Below are positions 20,157 to 30,202 of a stretch of 64,000 nt of DNA, piece by piece. The stretch comes from an uncultured Candidatus Entotheonella sp. (GTDB lineage: Bacteria > Tectomicrobia > Entotheonellia > Entotheonellales > Entotheonellaceae). The first letter of the stretch is position 1. Every line of letters begins with the position of its first letter. A model generated the notes under the pieces. It did not search any database, was not told the DNA's origin, and saw only the letters and a list, made by a program, of their open reading frames with translations. The translations under genes were made by a program, and so were the position numbers. The stretch lies in the NCBI GenBank assembly GCA_965217185.1, contig OZ244252.1:736001-800000 (forward strand), read 5' to 3'.

Positions 20157-21266
20157 GTGAATCACAGCAGGTCAGGATGGATAATTGGCGCGGTATTGGG
20201 TTTGGTTCTTATGCTGGGTAGCGATGCGTGGTCGCAGGATATGCAGCCGTTTGATCTGCCGGCGTGTGCCCGTGATGCTGCGACGGACGTGGTGCTCAAT
20301 GACCGGATGCTGGATGCCATGATTGAGGCGGCTGCCACCGGGATTCTACCGGACCGCCAACAAGAGAAATTCTTCATCGTGTTGCAGCATTATCTGGGCT
20401 CGAGCGGAAACTTGTTATTCGTCTCCCGAACGGTGGGCGAGGGACTCGTTTTATGGCGCGACGATTGCGAGCCTGATCCGAACGCTGACACCCATGTGCA
20501 AGCCTATGTGCGCGGCCTGACGGCGCAGCAACAACTCGCCTTGGTGACCTACCGCGACTTGGTGGCGACGTTTGACGTGGAGCCTGCGGCGCCCGAGATG
20601 TCGTTAATGCCGTCAATGGAAGACATGGTGCGCATTCCGGCCGGTGCCTTTCAGCGCGGCGACGGCACGACGGTGGCGCTGGAGGCATTCGCCATAGACG
20701 TGTACGAGGTGACCAATGCCGAATACCAACGCTTCATTGCCGACGGTGGGTATGCCGAGGCCGTCTACTGGCTGCCGGAAGGGTGGGCCTGGCGCGAAGG
20801 CAAGAAACGCGAGCAGCCCAGTTATTGGAACAACGAGGATTCCAACGCCGCCCAGCAACCCGTGGTTGGCGTGACGTGGTATGAGGCCGATGCGTATTGT
20901 CGTTGGGCCGGCAAGTCGCTCCCCGATGAGCCGCAGTGGGACAAAGCATGCCGGGGCATTGACGGCCGCGCCTTTCCGTGGGGCAGCGAGCCGCTTGCGG
21001 GGGAGGGAACCGGGCAGTCGTCCTTCACCCTGCCGGTTGCCGTGGGGGACATGCCGCAGACACCGAGTCCGTACGGCGTCTACGATCTGGCCGGTAACGT
21101 TTTGGAGTGGAGTGGCACGGCGAATGATCGGGGCGGCCGCGTGTTGTGCGGCGGCTCCGGCGCCAGCGATTCGCGTCACGTCGGGTGCGGCGTGCGGTCG
21201 GTCCTGCTGCCGGGTGTTTCGGCGAACTTCGTCGGGTTTCGCTGCCAACAGGCCGCGGCTCAATAA
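20157..21266 (+). CDS. Secreted FGE-sulfatase (SUMF1/EgtB/PvdO) domain protein
   Basis: Signal-peptide-like start, EVTNAEY, QPVVGVTWYEADAYCRWAG, SPYGVYDLAGNVLEW, GFRC. The GTG start is inferred. Confidence 0.8.
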   Translation: MNHSRSGWIIGAVLGLVLMLGSDAWSQDMQPFDLPACARDAATDVVLNDRMLDAMIEAAATGILPDRQQEKFFIVLQHYLGSSGNLLFVSRTVGEGLVLWRDDCEPDPNADTHVQAYVRGLTAQQQLALVTYRDLVATFDVEPAAPEMSLMPSMEDMVRIPAGAFQRGDGTTVALEAFAIDVYEVTNAEYQRFIADGGYAEAVYWLPEGWAWREGKKREQPSYWNNEDSNAAQQPVVGVTWYEADAYCRWAGKSLPDEPQWDKACRGIDGRAFPWGSEPLAGEGTGQSSFTLPVAVGDMPQTPSPYGVYDLAGNVLEWSGTANDRGGRVLCGGSGASDSRHVGCGVRSVLLPGVSANFVGFRCQQAAAQ

Positions 21267-22090
21267 GCCTGCCCCATGTAGGCCGGGTTGAGGTGTCCCA
21301 TGCCGCCGTCCACGCTGATCACTTGGCCGGTGACGAAATCCGACAGGTCCGTGGCGAGGAATTCAATCACCTTGGCGCAGTCCTCGGGTTGGCCGATGCG
21401 GCCCATGGGGATTTGCGTGATCAGTTCGTCCTGGATTTTTCCCAGCCCGCCCATCCAATTAACGGTTGCCACGTATCCGGGCGCGATGGCGTTGACGTTG
21501 ATGCCGTAGCACGCAAGTTCCAGGGCCAACGCGCGGGTCAGTTGAATGACGCCGGCCTTCGCTACGGCGTACGGGGCGAGCACCGGCATCAATGGCCGCA
21601 AGCCGGCTACTGAGGCGACGTTGATGATCTTGCCGCGGCGGCGCTGTTGCATGTGGCGACCGACGGCGCGGCAACACAAGAAGGCCGAGTGCAGGTTTTT
21701 CGCCATTACCGTGTTCCACACCTCGGGTGGGCACTCGGTCACGCTTTGGCTGCCGCGCCCGCCGCCGGCGTTGTTGATCAGAACATCGATGTGACCGAAC
21801 GCGGCCAGGGCTTCGTCGACCAATCGCTCGACCGCGTTCTCGCAGGTGACGTCGGCGGCAATGCCGATGGCCTGCCGTCCCAGTTGGCGGATTTCTTCCA
21901 CCACCGAGCTGGCCGTCAGGGGTTCGCTGACCTGTTCGGCGGAAGCCAGGTCGACGTCATTGACGACGATGTCGGCGCCCAATTGCGCCAGCCGCAGCGC
22001 GTAGGCTCGTCCCAACCCGCGTCCCGCCCCGGTTATCAAGGCCACTTGCCCCCGCAGACGCGGCGGGAAATACCCCGCATCGTTTTCCAT
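21260..22090 (-). CDS. SDR-family oxidoreductase
   Basis: ITGAGRGLG, NNAG, YAVAK, VNAIAPG, VDGG. Confidence 0.92.
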   Translation of the reverse strand: MENDAGYFPPRLRGQVALITGAGRGLGRAYALRLAQLGADIVVNDVDLASAEQVSEPLTASSVVEEIRQLGRQAIGIAADVTCENAVERLVDEALAAFGHIDVLINNAGGGRGSQSVTECPPEVWNTVMAKNLHSAFLCCRAVGRHMQQRRRGKIINVASVAGLRPLMPVLAPYAVAKAGVIQLTRALALELACYGINVNAIAPGYVATVNWMGGLGKIQDELITQIPMGRIGQPEDCAKVIEFLATDLSDFVTGQVISVDGGMGHLNPAYMGQAY

Positions 22091-22163
22091 TTCTAATCCT
22101 TTCCTCGTTTTCAGTATGGCTCGCCGTTCTCGACACCAGATGGCTGGTGCAGTGGTCCGGAAT

Positions 22164-23333
22164 TCAACCGCACCCGCGTGACCCCAGGCGTGAGAGGCGA
22201 TGCTCGGCTTGGCTGTGGATGTTGTCGACGTCGCGTTCTCGCAGCAAGGTGCAGTAGAGCTGGCGAGCGGTTTCGACCGATCCGCGCTGCTCGTACAGGG
22301 TGGCCAGGTAGAACTTCGCCCACAAACTTTCGTCCCGGGTTGTGCGCGGGTCGTTATTGATGGCGCCGCGGAACGCCTCGAAAGCCAATTCAGGCTGATC
22401 GGTGTCCAGCAGGGCCCGGCCCCAGGTGTAATACAGATCAAAACGGTCATCCGCATCGACGAGCGCATCGGGCCGCTCCGCCAGGGTCGTTGCCAAGGCG
22501 CCCAGCGTGGTGGCGGCTTGCGCTTTATCGCCGTGCTCGAACTGGCTGCGTCCGGTCAGCAGACTGAAGTAGCCGTTGTCGGGATATGCCTGGTGCAACG
22601 ACTGGCCGAGGGGGATAGCTTCGCGGTAGCGCTTCTCCGTGACGTACAACTGGAGCAGAAACGCCCGCGACAAATCCTGGCTGAACCGCCCGGCTTCGGC
22701 GGCGCGCCGGAAGTGATGGACGGCGTCCTCGGCACCTTGCAGAGCAGTGCCGCCCAGCAGGCGCTGCACCAGAGATGGGACGTTATCTCCGACGAAGTAA
22801 AGCATCCCCAGGCCCAGATGGGCATCGCTCATGGCCTCGTCGGACAGGAGTGATTTTTCCAGCCAGGAACGTCCTTGCGCGGCGAGTTGCAGCGGGGCCC
22901 ATGGCGCTTCCTGCTGCGGTAGCAGGGCATCAAAAACGGCGGCCAATCCCACCATCAATTGCAACCGGCCTTGGCGGGGCGACTCGGCGAGTTGCCGCTG
23001 ACCATCTTGCAGAATTTGCGCGAAAAACTTACGTGCGGTGACGTGTGCCGGGGGGCGCTGGCGGGTTTGCCAATGCGTTTGCAGATAGGCTATGATGCCC
23101 CGCGTCAATTGCGTTTCAAGGGTCTCTCGGCCATCGGGTTCCGCACGGCTGATGGCGTCGTGAGCCTGAGAAAAACGCAGGTGCAACGCCTCCTGCACGG
23201 CGTCTCTCATGGTGCTGAAAGGTAGCTCGGGGGCGGCCTCGTGGGAATCGGCGAGGCCCAGTTCCGCCGCGCCGGGCCGCAGGCACATGAATAGCGCAAG
23301 GATTGCCAGAAGGGTTCGACCGCGCCGTTTCAC
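22164..23333 (-). CDS. Tetratricopeptide-repeat exported protein
   Basis: Signal-like N-terminus and TPR-like helices (DAHLGLGMLYF, AKFYLATLYEQRG). Start uncertain. Confidence 0.6.
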   Translation of the reverse strand: MKRRGRTLLAILALFMCLRPGAAELGLADSHEAAPELPFSTMRDAVQEALHLRFSQAHDAISRAEPDGRETLETQLTRGIIAYLQTHWQTRQRPPAHVTARKFFAQILQDGQRQLAESPRQGRLQLMVGLAAVFDALLPQQEAPWAPLQLAAQGRSWLEKSLLSDEAMSDAHLGLGMLYFVGDNVPSLVQRLLGGTALQGAEDAVHHFRRAAEAGRFSQDLSRAFLLQLYVTEKRYREAIPLGQSLHQAYPDNGYFSLLTGRSQFEHGDKAQAATTLGALATTLAERPDALVDADDRFDLYYTWGRALLDTDQPELAFEAFRGAINNDPRTTRDESLWAKFYLATLYEQRGSVETARQLYCTLLRERDVDNIHSQAEHRLSRLGSRGCG

Positions 23334-23475
23334 ATTTGCCCCCACATGCCATCTGTGTCCGCACCATAGCTCGGTCATTCATTATAGATAGGTGATGCCG
23401 ATAGGGAAACCCAACGGCGGAGCCGCCATTGTTTGCCGTCTCTCGCGGGCCGCCATTCTCCGGGACGTTCCGACC

Positions 23476-23703
23476 ATGATGAAAACGTGCCCCCTGTGCC
23501 AGACAGAGATGCCCGAGCGCTACAATTATTGCTACCAATGCGGCGAGCATGTTGGCGAGACGGCGGCGCTGCCGGTTGACGTCGACCCGCAGGTCGCCGA
23601 GACGCAGCGGCGTCAGGAATGGGTCATCCAATACGGCTGTTTAACGCTCATCATTGTCTGGACAATCTTCGGGCTGTGGTTTTTCTTCAACATGAACCGT
23701 TAA
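23476..23703 (+). CDS. Small zinc-ribbon membrane protein
   Basis: CPLC...CYQCG followed by a C-terminal hydrophobic helix. Confidence 0.65.
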   Translation: MMKTCPLCQTEMPERYNYCYQCGEHVGETAALPVDVDPQVAETQRRQEWVIQYGCLTLIIVWTIFGLWFFFNMNR

Positions 23704-23739
23704 CGGGCGGACCCTTGTCTGGGTCCCGGAGTCAGAGTT

Positions 23740-23991
23740 GTGCGACAAACACGGGATGAAGCGTGGAAGAAAATCCACACGGCTTTCAATGATGCGGAGT
23801 TGCACCTGATTACCGGCATCCTGGCCGGGGAGGGCCTGGAGTGGCGTATCAAGTCCCGGCGGGTGCCGCAATTGCCGGTGTCGCACGGCGCACTGGGGGA
23901 AACGGAGATCTACGTGCCTGAACCTGATGCCCCGTTCGCCCAGCGTATCTTGTTGATTTATCGCAACGCTTCGGCGGCTGGCGACACATGA
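23740..23991 (+). CDS. DUF2007-like small protein
   Basis: Pattern ELHLITGILAGEGL...EIYVPEPDAPFAQRIL. ATGA overlap with the next gene. Confidence 0.6.
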   Translation: MRQTRDEAWKKIHTAFNDAELHLITGILAGEGLEWRIKSRRVPQLPVSHGALGETEIYVPEPDAPFAQRILLIYRNASAAGDT

Positions 23992-25151
23992 CGGAGGCTA
24001 TCATGCAGACCTATGACGTGATCGTTGTCGGTGTCGGGGGGATGGGCAGTGCGGCGGTGTATCATCTGGCGAAACGGGGCCAGCGGGTTCTGGGCCTTGA
24101 GCAGTACGACATTCCGCACCAGCAGGGATCGTCTCACGGCATCTCGCGGATCATCCGTTTGGCGTATTACGAGCACCCGTCCTATGTGCCGCTGTTGCAC
24201 CGCGCTTACGAACTGTGGTGGGCGCTGGAGCGGACCGTCCAGGAGCGCCTGTTGCACGTCACCGGCGCATTGAACATCGGCACCGAAACGAGTGAGGTAT
24301 TTGCGGGCGCGCTGAAGTCGGTGCAGGAGCACAACTTGGCGCACGAGATTCTGGAGGCCGAGGCGGTGCGCCGGCGATTCCCCGGCTACGGACTGCAGGC
24401 GCCGCTGATGGCTCTGTACGAGCCCCAGGCCGGACTTCTGGCGGCTGAACGGTGCATCGTGGCGCACGTGACGGCGGCCCTGCAACACGGCGCCGAAGTC
24501 CACGGCCGCGAGACCGTTGAGGGTTGGGAGACCAGCGATGCCGGCGTGGAGGTCCGAACCAATCGCGGCGTCTATCAGGCCGAGCGTCTGGTGTTGACGG
24601 CCGGCGCTTGGACCCATCGGCTTCTGGCGCGCTACCACGGCGTGCTACAGCCGGAGCGACAGGTGCTGATCTGGATGCAGCCACGCGTGCCAAGCGCCTT
24701 TCACATGGATGCGTTTCCGGTTTTCATCCTGGACGTTGAGGAAGGGCATTTTTACGGCATGCCGACCTACGGCATCCCCGGTTTCAAGATTGGTCGTTTT
24801 CGCCATTTGGAACAGCTTGTGGACGACCCTGCCACCATGGACCGGGGCTTTCACCCTGAGGACGAAGCCCTGCTGCGCGGCTTTGTGCGGCGCTATTTTC
24901 CGGACGGCGAGGGTCCGATTTTGTCCACGGCTACCTGCATGTTCACTAACTCCCCCGACGGTCATTTCGTCATCGACGTTCACCCCGAAGACCCGCGAGT
25001 AGTGTTCGCCGGCGGCTTTTCGGGACACGGCTTCAAATTCTGTCCCGTCATCGGCGAAATCCTGGCCGACCTGGCTGAGGACGGCGCCACTCGGCACGAT
25101 ATTTCCCTGTTCAGCGCCGCGCGTCTGGCCCCTTCCGCCGTCGAGAAATAG
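23988..25151 (+). CDS. solA: N-methyl-L-tryptophan/sarcosine oxidase
   Basis: GVGGMGS, GSSHGISRIIR, CMFTNSPD, GFSGHGFKF. Confidence 0.85.
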   Translation: MTEAIMQTYDVIVVGVGGMGSAAVYHLAKRGQRVLGLEQYDIPHQQGSSHGISRIIRLAYYEHPSYVPLLHRAYELWWALERTVQERLLHVTGALNIGTETSEVFAGALKSVQEHNLAHEILEAEAVRRRFPGYGLQAPLMALYEPQAGLLAAERCIVAHVTAALQHGAEVHGRETVEGWETSDAGVEVRTNRGVYQAERLVLTAGAWTHRLLARYHGVLQPERQVLIWMQPRVPSAFHMDAFPVFILDVEEGHFYGMPTYGIPGFKIGRFRHLEQLVDDPATMDRGFHPEDEALLRGFVRRYFPDGEGPILSTATCMFTNSPDGHFVIDVHPEDPRVVFAGGFSGHGFKFCPVIGEILADLAEDGATRHDISLFSAARLAPSAVEK

Positions 25152-25946
25152 ATGAGTTTGTCAGACTTGGAACGGCTGTTCGGCCTGCGTGGCAGAGTGG
25201 CGCTGGTCACCGGCGCTTCCAGCGGCTTGGGTAAGGAATTCGCCAGAGGTCTGGCGATGGCCGGCGCCGACGTCGCCGTCGTGGCGAGGCGGTTGGAGCG
25301 CTTGCAGGCGGTGGCCGCCGAGTTGGAGGCATTCGGTGTGCGGGCGCATCCCGTGCAGGCTGACCTCCAGCATGAGGAGCAGATCGAGGCGGCCGTCCGG
25401 GATGTCCATGAAACCCTGGGCCCCATTGACATCCTGGTCAACAACGCCGGGATTGCGCCCGTGGGCCGCGCCGAACGCCACGGCCTGGAAAAATGGCAGC
25501 AGGCGCTGGACGTCAATCTCACGGCGGTATTCTTGTGTTGCCAGCACGTCGGGCGCCGCATGATCGAGCGGGGTGAGGGCGGGCGCATCATCAATATCTC
25601 CTCGGTGCTCGGGGAAGGGGCTAACTCGGTGCACCGGACCGTCGGTTACGCCGCCACCAAGGGCGCCGTCACCAATCTGACCCGGCAATTGGCGGTCGAA
25701 TGGGCGCCCCACGGCATCACGGTAAACGCCCTGGCACCGTCCTGGTTTCCGACCGAAATGATCACCGATCCCCGCCTGGGCCGGGTGCACGACGAGCAGC
25801 GGGCTCGCATGGAGCAATTCACGCCCCTGGGGCGCCTGGGGAGGGAAGGGGAGTTGCTGGGCGCCATCATCTACCTCGCCGCGCCTTCCGCATCGTACGT
25901 GACCGGAACCGTGCTGCACGTTGACGGCGGCTGGCGGGCTTGGTAG
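25152..25946 (+). CDS. SDR-family oxidoreductase
   Basis: VTGASSGLG, NNAG, YAATKG, VDGGW. Confidence 0.92.
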   Translation: MSLSDLERLFGLRGRVALVTGASSGLGKEFARGLAMAGADVAVVARRLERLQAVAAELEAFGVRAHPVQADLQHEEQIEAAVRDVHETLGPIDILVNNAGIAPVGRAERHGLEKWQQALDVNLTAVFLCCQHVGRRMIERGEGGRIINISSVLGEGANSVHRTVGYAATKGAVTNLTRQLAVEWAPHGITVNALAPSWFPTEMITDPRLGRVHDEQRARMEQFTPLGRLGREGELLGAIIYLAAPSASYVTGTVLHVDGGWRAW

Positions 25947-26037
25947 CTGGAGAAAATTCACTAGCCTTAACGCCTGACTTCCGAGAGGATACGTCTGTTG
26001 CCGGGCGGTTTCGTTCGATGCGGATCCAGATGGGGGC

Positions 26038-26067
26038 TTGCCCTGCGGAAAACACCTGTGGTAGAGT
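26038..26067 (+). promoter_or_regulatory. Putative promoter of the leader-cysH transcript
   Basis: TTGCCC, 18-nt spacer, TAGAGT, with an extended -10 TG. Confidence 0.4.
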
Positions 26068-26109
26068 GCCCGTCACCATTCAGATCACTTCAAAAGGCAA
26101 CGACTGCTC

Positions 26110-26232
26110 ATGACGGATATTTCCACGACAAGTTACCGGTTTTCTTCCACGTCACTATGCACCCACGAGACTGGTGGTACGTGTTGTCGCGGCACGGTTT
26201 GCTGCGTGTGCCGGCCACGGGGGTGTGGATGA
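26110..26232 (+). CDS. Putative Cys-rich attenuator leader peptide (40 aa, 7 Cys)
   Basis: Translated by hand as MTDISTTSYRFSSTSLCTHETGGTCCRGTVCCVCRPRGCG*. Lies directly upstream of an intrinsic terminator and of APS reductase. Confidence 0.7.
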   Translation: MTDISTTSYRFSSTSLCTHETGGTCCRGTVCCVCRPRGCG

Positions 26233-26257
26233 AGTAAGCTGTTTTGTCCGTCGTTAG

Positions 26258-26298
26258 AAAACGCCCGCTCCCTGCCGTAGGCGAGCGGGCGTTTTTTT
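26258..26298 (+). terminator. Intrinsic terminator/attenuator upstream of cysH
   Basis: AAAACGCCCGCTC (26258-70) pairs with GAGCGGGCGTTTT (26283-95). The 3' arm ends in a T7 run (26292-98). Confidence 0.85.
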
Positions 26299-26355
26299 AT
26301 CTTGTTGCCGGTTAAGTCCTGAGCCTCGGCATTGCATAGATGGAGGAGTTAAAGA

Positions 26356-27141
26356 ATGGGTTTAAAACGGATCCGCTTTGACAAAAGTGAAGTTGATGCC
26401 ATGGCCGCCAGATTCGCCGACGCCGACCCTGAGGAGGTGATCGCGTGGGCGTTGTCGGGGTTTGGTGACGCTGCGGTGGTGGTCACCGGCTTGCAGGCGG
26501 AAGGCATGATCATTTTGGACATGGCCTGCCGGCTTCGGCCTTCGGTTTGCGCCCTCACGGTGGACACAGGCCGCCTTCCTCAAGAGACCTACTCATTTAT
26601 TGACCGCGTCCGCGACCACTACCCGGCGATGCGGCTGCGAACCCTCTTTCCTGACCACCGCGACATCGAAGCATTCACCCGGGAAAACGGCGTCAACTCC
26701 TTTTACAATTCGGCGGACCTGAGGATGCAGTGCTGTAATCTGCGCAAGGTGCGTCCCTTGGCGCGCGAGTTGGAAAAGACGGATGCCTGGTTTGCGGGAC
26801 TCCGGCGCGACCAAAGCCCCTCACGAGCTCACATCAAGAAGATTGAATTGGATTACACGCACGGCGGCATTGTAAAGCTCAACCCGCTTGCCGATTGGAC
26901 TAAGGAAGAGGTGTGGGCGTATATCCGCGAGTATGATGTGCCTTACCATCCGTTGTACGAGCAAGGCTATCCGAGTATTGGTTGTGGACCCTGCACGCGC
27001 GCCACGTTTCCCGGTGAGGATGAGCGGGCCGGTCGTTGGTGGTGGGAAACACGTGCAGCGAAGGAATGCGGTATCCACTTCTCCCCCGTCACGGGCCGCA
27101 CCGAACAGAGCAATGGCGCCTTCGTCGCAGCCATGTCGTAG
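26356..27141 (+). CDS. cysH: Adenylylsulfate (APS)/PAPS reductase, [4Fe-4S] type
   Basis: VDTGRLPQETY, CCNLRKV, GLRRDQS, SIGCGPCT, ERAGRW, KECGIH. RBS GGAGGAG. Confidence 0.93.
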   Translation: MGLKRIRFDKSEVDAMAARFADADPEEVIAWALSGFGDAAVVVTGLQAEGMIILDMACRLRPSVCALTVDTGRLPQETYSFIDRVRDHYPAMRLRTLFPDHRDIEAFTRENGVNSFYNSADLRMQCCNLRKVRPLARELEKTDAWFAGLRRDQSPSRAHIKKIELDYTHGGIVKLNPLADWTKEEVWAYIREYDVPYHPLYEQGYPSIGCGPCTRATFPGEDERAGRWWWETRAAKECGIHFSPVTGRTEQSNGAFVAAMS

Positions 27142-27166
27142 AACCCGGTGGGCGACGGCAGCCTCG

Positions 27167-27196
27167 TTGACATCCTCAAGGCTCGGCACTTATAAT
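27167..27196 (+). promoter_or_regulatory. Consensus sigma70 promoter upstream of the DksA/TraR gene
   Basis: TTGACA, 18-nt spacer, TATAAT. Confidence 0.75.
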
Positions 27197-27298
27197 ATCG
27201 CTCCTTTTTCCGTGAGAGGCGGTTATCAGAACTCGTTTTTGCCGGCCTCTCCTGAACACGTTTTGCGGTGTAAGTCGTTATCAGAGGGTGGTGGCGTC

Positions 27299-27676
27299 AT
27301 GGCAGAATCATACGAAAAGATACGGACGGATTTACAACAGCGGCGTCAGGGCATCCTCTCAAAAATCTCCGGTGAACAACACCTGCAGGCGATGGATGAT
27401 GAGGCCACCCATGGGGATTCCCTCGATATTGCCAGCAATGCCCGCGACCGCGAAATTACGTTCATGCTGAAAAGCCGCGAGTTGGATGAGTTACGTGCCA
27501 TTGAGGACGCCCTCGAGCGTATGAATTACGACGATTACGGGATTTGCGCGAATTGCGAAGACCCGATCGAAATCAAGCGTCTCGAAGCGATTCCGTGGAC
27601 GCGCTTCTGCCGCGGCTGCCAGGAAGAAATGGAAAGCCGCAAAGCCGGTGGGCGTCTGAATTACGACGTGTCGTAA
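27299..27676 (+). CDS. TraR/DksA-family C4 zinc-finger regulator
   Basis: DSLDIA coiled-coil tip, YGICANCEDPIEIKRLEAIPWTRFCRGCQ. Confidence 0.9.
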   Translation: MAESYEKIRTDLQQRRQGILSKISGEQHLQAMDDEATHGDSLDIASNARDREITFMLKSRELDELRAIEDALERMNYDDYGICANCEDPIEIKRLEAIPWTRFCRGCQEEMESRKAGGRLNYDVS

Positions 27677-27694
27677 CCACTCTGAGCCTCCCTC

Positions 27695-30202
27695 ATGGCA
27701 AGCGACGCCGAGCTCGCTCAATCATCCGCTTCTGATTCCACGCCCCTATCCACATCATCCCCTTGCATCGCTAAGGTCATCGTCGAACTTCCCCTCGAAG
27801 ACCCGCTTGACTACCGCATTCCGCCAGCCTTGCAGGAGCATTGTGCGGTCGGCCAACGGGTGATGGTCCCGGTCGGGCACCGGGAACTCCTCGGCTACAT
27901 CGTCGGGCTTGCCTCTCACAGCGCCGTATCCGATCTCAAAGCATTGAGTGAGGTACTGGACGAGACACCGGTGGTCTCGGCCGACCTGCTGCGGCTAACG
28001 AAATGGGTCGCCGACTATTACCTGTGCTCGTGGGGTCAGGTCCTGAAGGCCGCCATGCCCGAGGGCTTCCGCGAACGCTCGGCCACCGTTTACGACCTGA
28101 CGCCCGATGCCCGGCAGTCACTGTCGGCATGGCCGGTGGGCAGGGCAGGGGAAGTGCTTCGTTGTCTGGAACGCCAAGGCGCCTCGCGCCGCCAGGACCT
28201 CGCCAAATCCGTTGGCACGGGCAACCTCGCGGGCTTGCTGCGGCGTCTGCAAGATCAAGGCCTCGTCAGCCAGACCCGCCAGCGCCATGCTCCCAAGGTG
28301 CGGGAACGTACGACAACCATGGTGCGCTTGCTCCCCACGGCTGACGCCGCCCGGACCCTTGTGGAGCAGATTCGACCCCGCGCCCCGAACCAGGCGAAGG
28401 TCCTGGCTTTACTGTTGGGACAGCCGGCATGCGAGTTGAAGACGCTGCGGCGTCAGCTTGCGGGCGCCCCGGCTGCCGTCAAGCGCCTGCAGCAGCAGGG
28501 GCTCGTGGAGGTATACGAGGTCGAAGACCTGCGCCGGGTCGTCCCGTTGCCGCCCGACCAGCCGGCCTCGCTGCCTGTCCTGAATGACGCCCAACGGTGC
28601 GCTCTGGAACAGATCGAGGCCGTGCTGGCGGCACCGGACAGGACACCGATTTTGTTGCACGGCATTACCGGCAGCGGCAAGACCGAGGTTTACATGCGCG
28701 CGATTGCCGGCGTGCTGCGCCAAGGCAAATCGGCGCTCGTCATGGTGCCTGAAATTGCTTTGACCGACCAACTCGTGCAGCGCTTTGCGGCCCGTTTTCC
28801 TTCCCGGCTCGGTGTGCTGCACAGCGGCCTTTCCGGCGGCGAACGCTTCGACGAATGGCGTCGTCTGGCGCGCGGCGAAGCCCAGATTGCCATCGGAACC
28901 CGCTCGGCGGTTTTCGCCCCGATGCAGCATCTCGGCCTTATTGTCGTTGACGAAGAGCACGACACCTCCTACAAGCAGGAGGAAACGCCGCGCTACCACG
29001 CCCGCGACGTTGCCATCGTTCGCGCTCAGCAGAGCGGGGCGGTGGTGGTCCTGGGTAGCGCAACCCCGGCGGTGGAATCATTTCACAATGCCCAAACGGG
29101 CAAGTACCTGCTGCTATCACTGCCCCATCGTATTGACGACAAGCCTCTGCCGGCTATTACGCTGGTGGACCAGCGGGAGCACACGGCGCCGAACGAACGC
29201 GTCGTCTCCGGCCCGCTGCGGGAAGCCATCGCCGCCTGCCTGGAGCGCCGCGAACAATGCCTCATTCTGATTAACCGGCGCGGCTTTGCCGCCTACCTGC
29301 AATGCCGTGATTGCGGCTCGGTTCCCTACTGTGAACATTGCAGCGTGGCGCTGACGTATCATCGCGGCACCCACAGGCTGCGGTGCCATTACTGCGGCTT
29401 CAACCAAGCGGTGCCGACGTTCTGCGCGGGGTGCGAAAGTGCCGCGCTGCGGCCTCACGGCCTCGGCACCCAGCAGGTCGAATCGGTGCTGAGCGCGCTG
29501 TTTCCCGAGGCGCGCTTGGCGCGCATGGACCGCGACACCACCCGCGCCAAAGCGGCCCATCAGCGCATTCTCCGTGCCCTGGGCAACGGCGACATCGACA
29601 TCCTGGTTGGCACCCAGATGATTGCCAAAGGGCACGATTACCCCAACATCACGCTGGTCGGGGTGGTGTCCGCCGACGCCAGCCTCTCGATGCCCGACTT
29701 CCGGGCGCCCGAGCGCCTGTTTCAACTGCTGACCCAGGTTGCCGGGCGTGCTGGACGGGGCCAACGCCCCGGACGCGTGCTCATGCAGACTTACCGCCCG
29801 GAGCACGATAGCGTGGCTTTCGCATACGGGCATGACTTCACCGGCTTTTTCCAACACGAGACCGCACGGCGGCGAGACGTGCTGTACCCGCCGTATTCCC
29901 GTTTGGCGCGCTTGATTGTCGAGAACCCGAAGGCCGAGCAGGCGGAGGCAACCAGCCAGCGCATTGGCCAGATGCTGCAACGCCAGATTCCGCCACGCTC
30001 TGATGTAACCGTCCTGGGACCCGCTGAGGCGCCCATCGCCAGGTTGCACGACCGCTACCGCTGGCACCTACTTGTGAAGAGCGTGTCGAGCAAGGCGTTG
30101 CACCAATGCCTCACCGCTGGATTGGCCGAGGCCCGCCGGCAAAAAGCGTTCCCGCGGTTGACTCGCGTCAGTGTGGATATTGATCCGGTCAGCTTTCTGT
30201 AA
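27695..30202 (+). CDS. priA: Primosomal protein N'
   Basis: GITGSGKTEVY, VPEIALT, DEEHD, SATP, four CxxC pairs, GTQMIAKG, QVAGRAGR, DIDP. Confidence 0.96.
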   Translation: MASDAELAQSSASDSTPLSTSSPCIAKVIVELPLEDPLDYRIPPALQEHCAVGQRVMVPVGHRELLGYIVGLASHSAVSDLKALSEVLDETPVVSADLLRLTKWVADYYLCSWGQVLKAAMPEGFRERSATVYDLTPDARQSLSAWPVGRAGEVLRCLERQGASRRQDLAKSVGTGNLAGLLRRLQDQGLVSQTRQRHAPKVRERTTTMVRLLPTADAARTLVEQIRPRAPNQAKVLALLLGQPACELKTLRRQLAGAPAAVKRLQQQGLVEVYEVEDLRRVVPLPPDQPASLPVLNDAQRCALEQIEAVLAAPDRTPILLHGITGSGKTEVYMRAIAGVLRQGKSALVMVPEIALTDQLVQRFAARFPSRLGVLHSGLSGGERFDEWRRLARGEAQIAIGTRSAVFAPMQHLGLIVVDEEHDTSYKQEETPRYHARDVAIVRAQQSGAVVVLGSATPAVESFHNAQTGKYLLLSLPHRIDDKPLPAITLVDQREHTAPNERVVSGPLREAIAACLERREQCLILINRRGFAAYLQCRDCGSVPYCEHCSVALTYHRGTHRLRCHYCGFNQAVPTFCAGCESAALRPHGLGTQQVESVLSALFPEARLARMDRDTTRAKAAHQRILRALGNGDIDILVGTQMIAKGHDYPNITLVGVVSADASLSMPDFRAPERLFQLLTQVAGRAGRGQRPGRVLMQTYRPEHDSVAFAYGHDFTGFFQHETARRRDVLYPPYSRLARLIVENPKAEQAEATSQRIGQMLQRQIPPRSDVTVLGPAEAPIARLHDRYRWHLLVKSVSSKALHQCLTAGLAEARRQKAFPRLTRVSVDIDPVSFL

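Noticed and set aside
25998..26237. 79-aa ORF from the track upstream of cysH
   Set aside because: It has a TTG start without an RBS and overlaps the putative promoter. The Cys-rich frame at 26110-26232 explains the region better.
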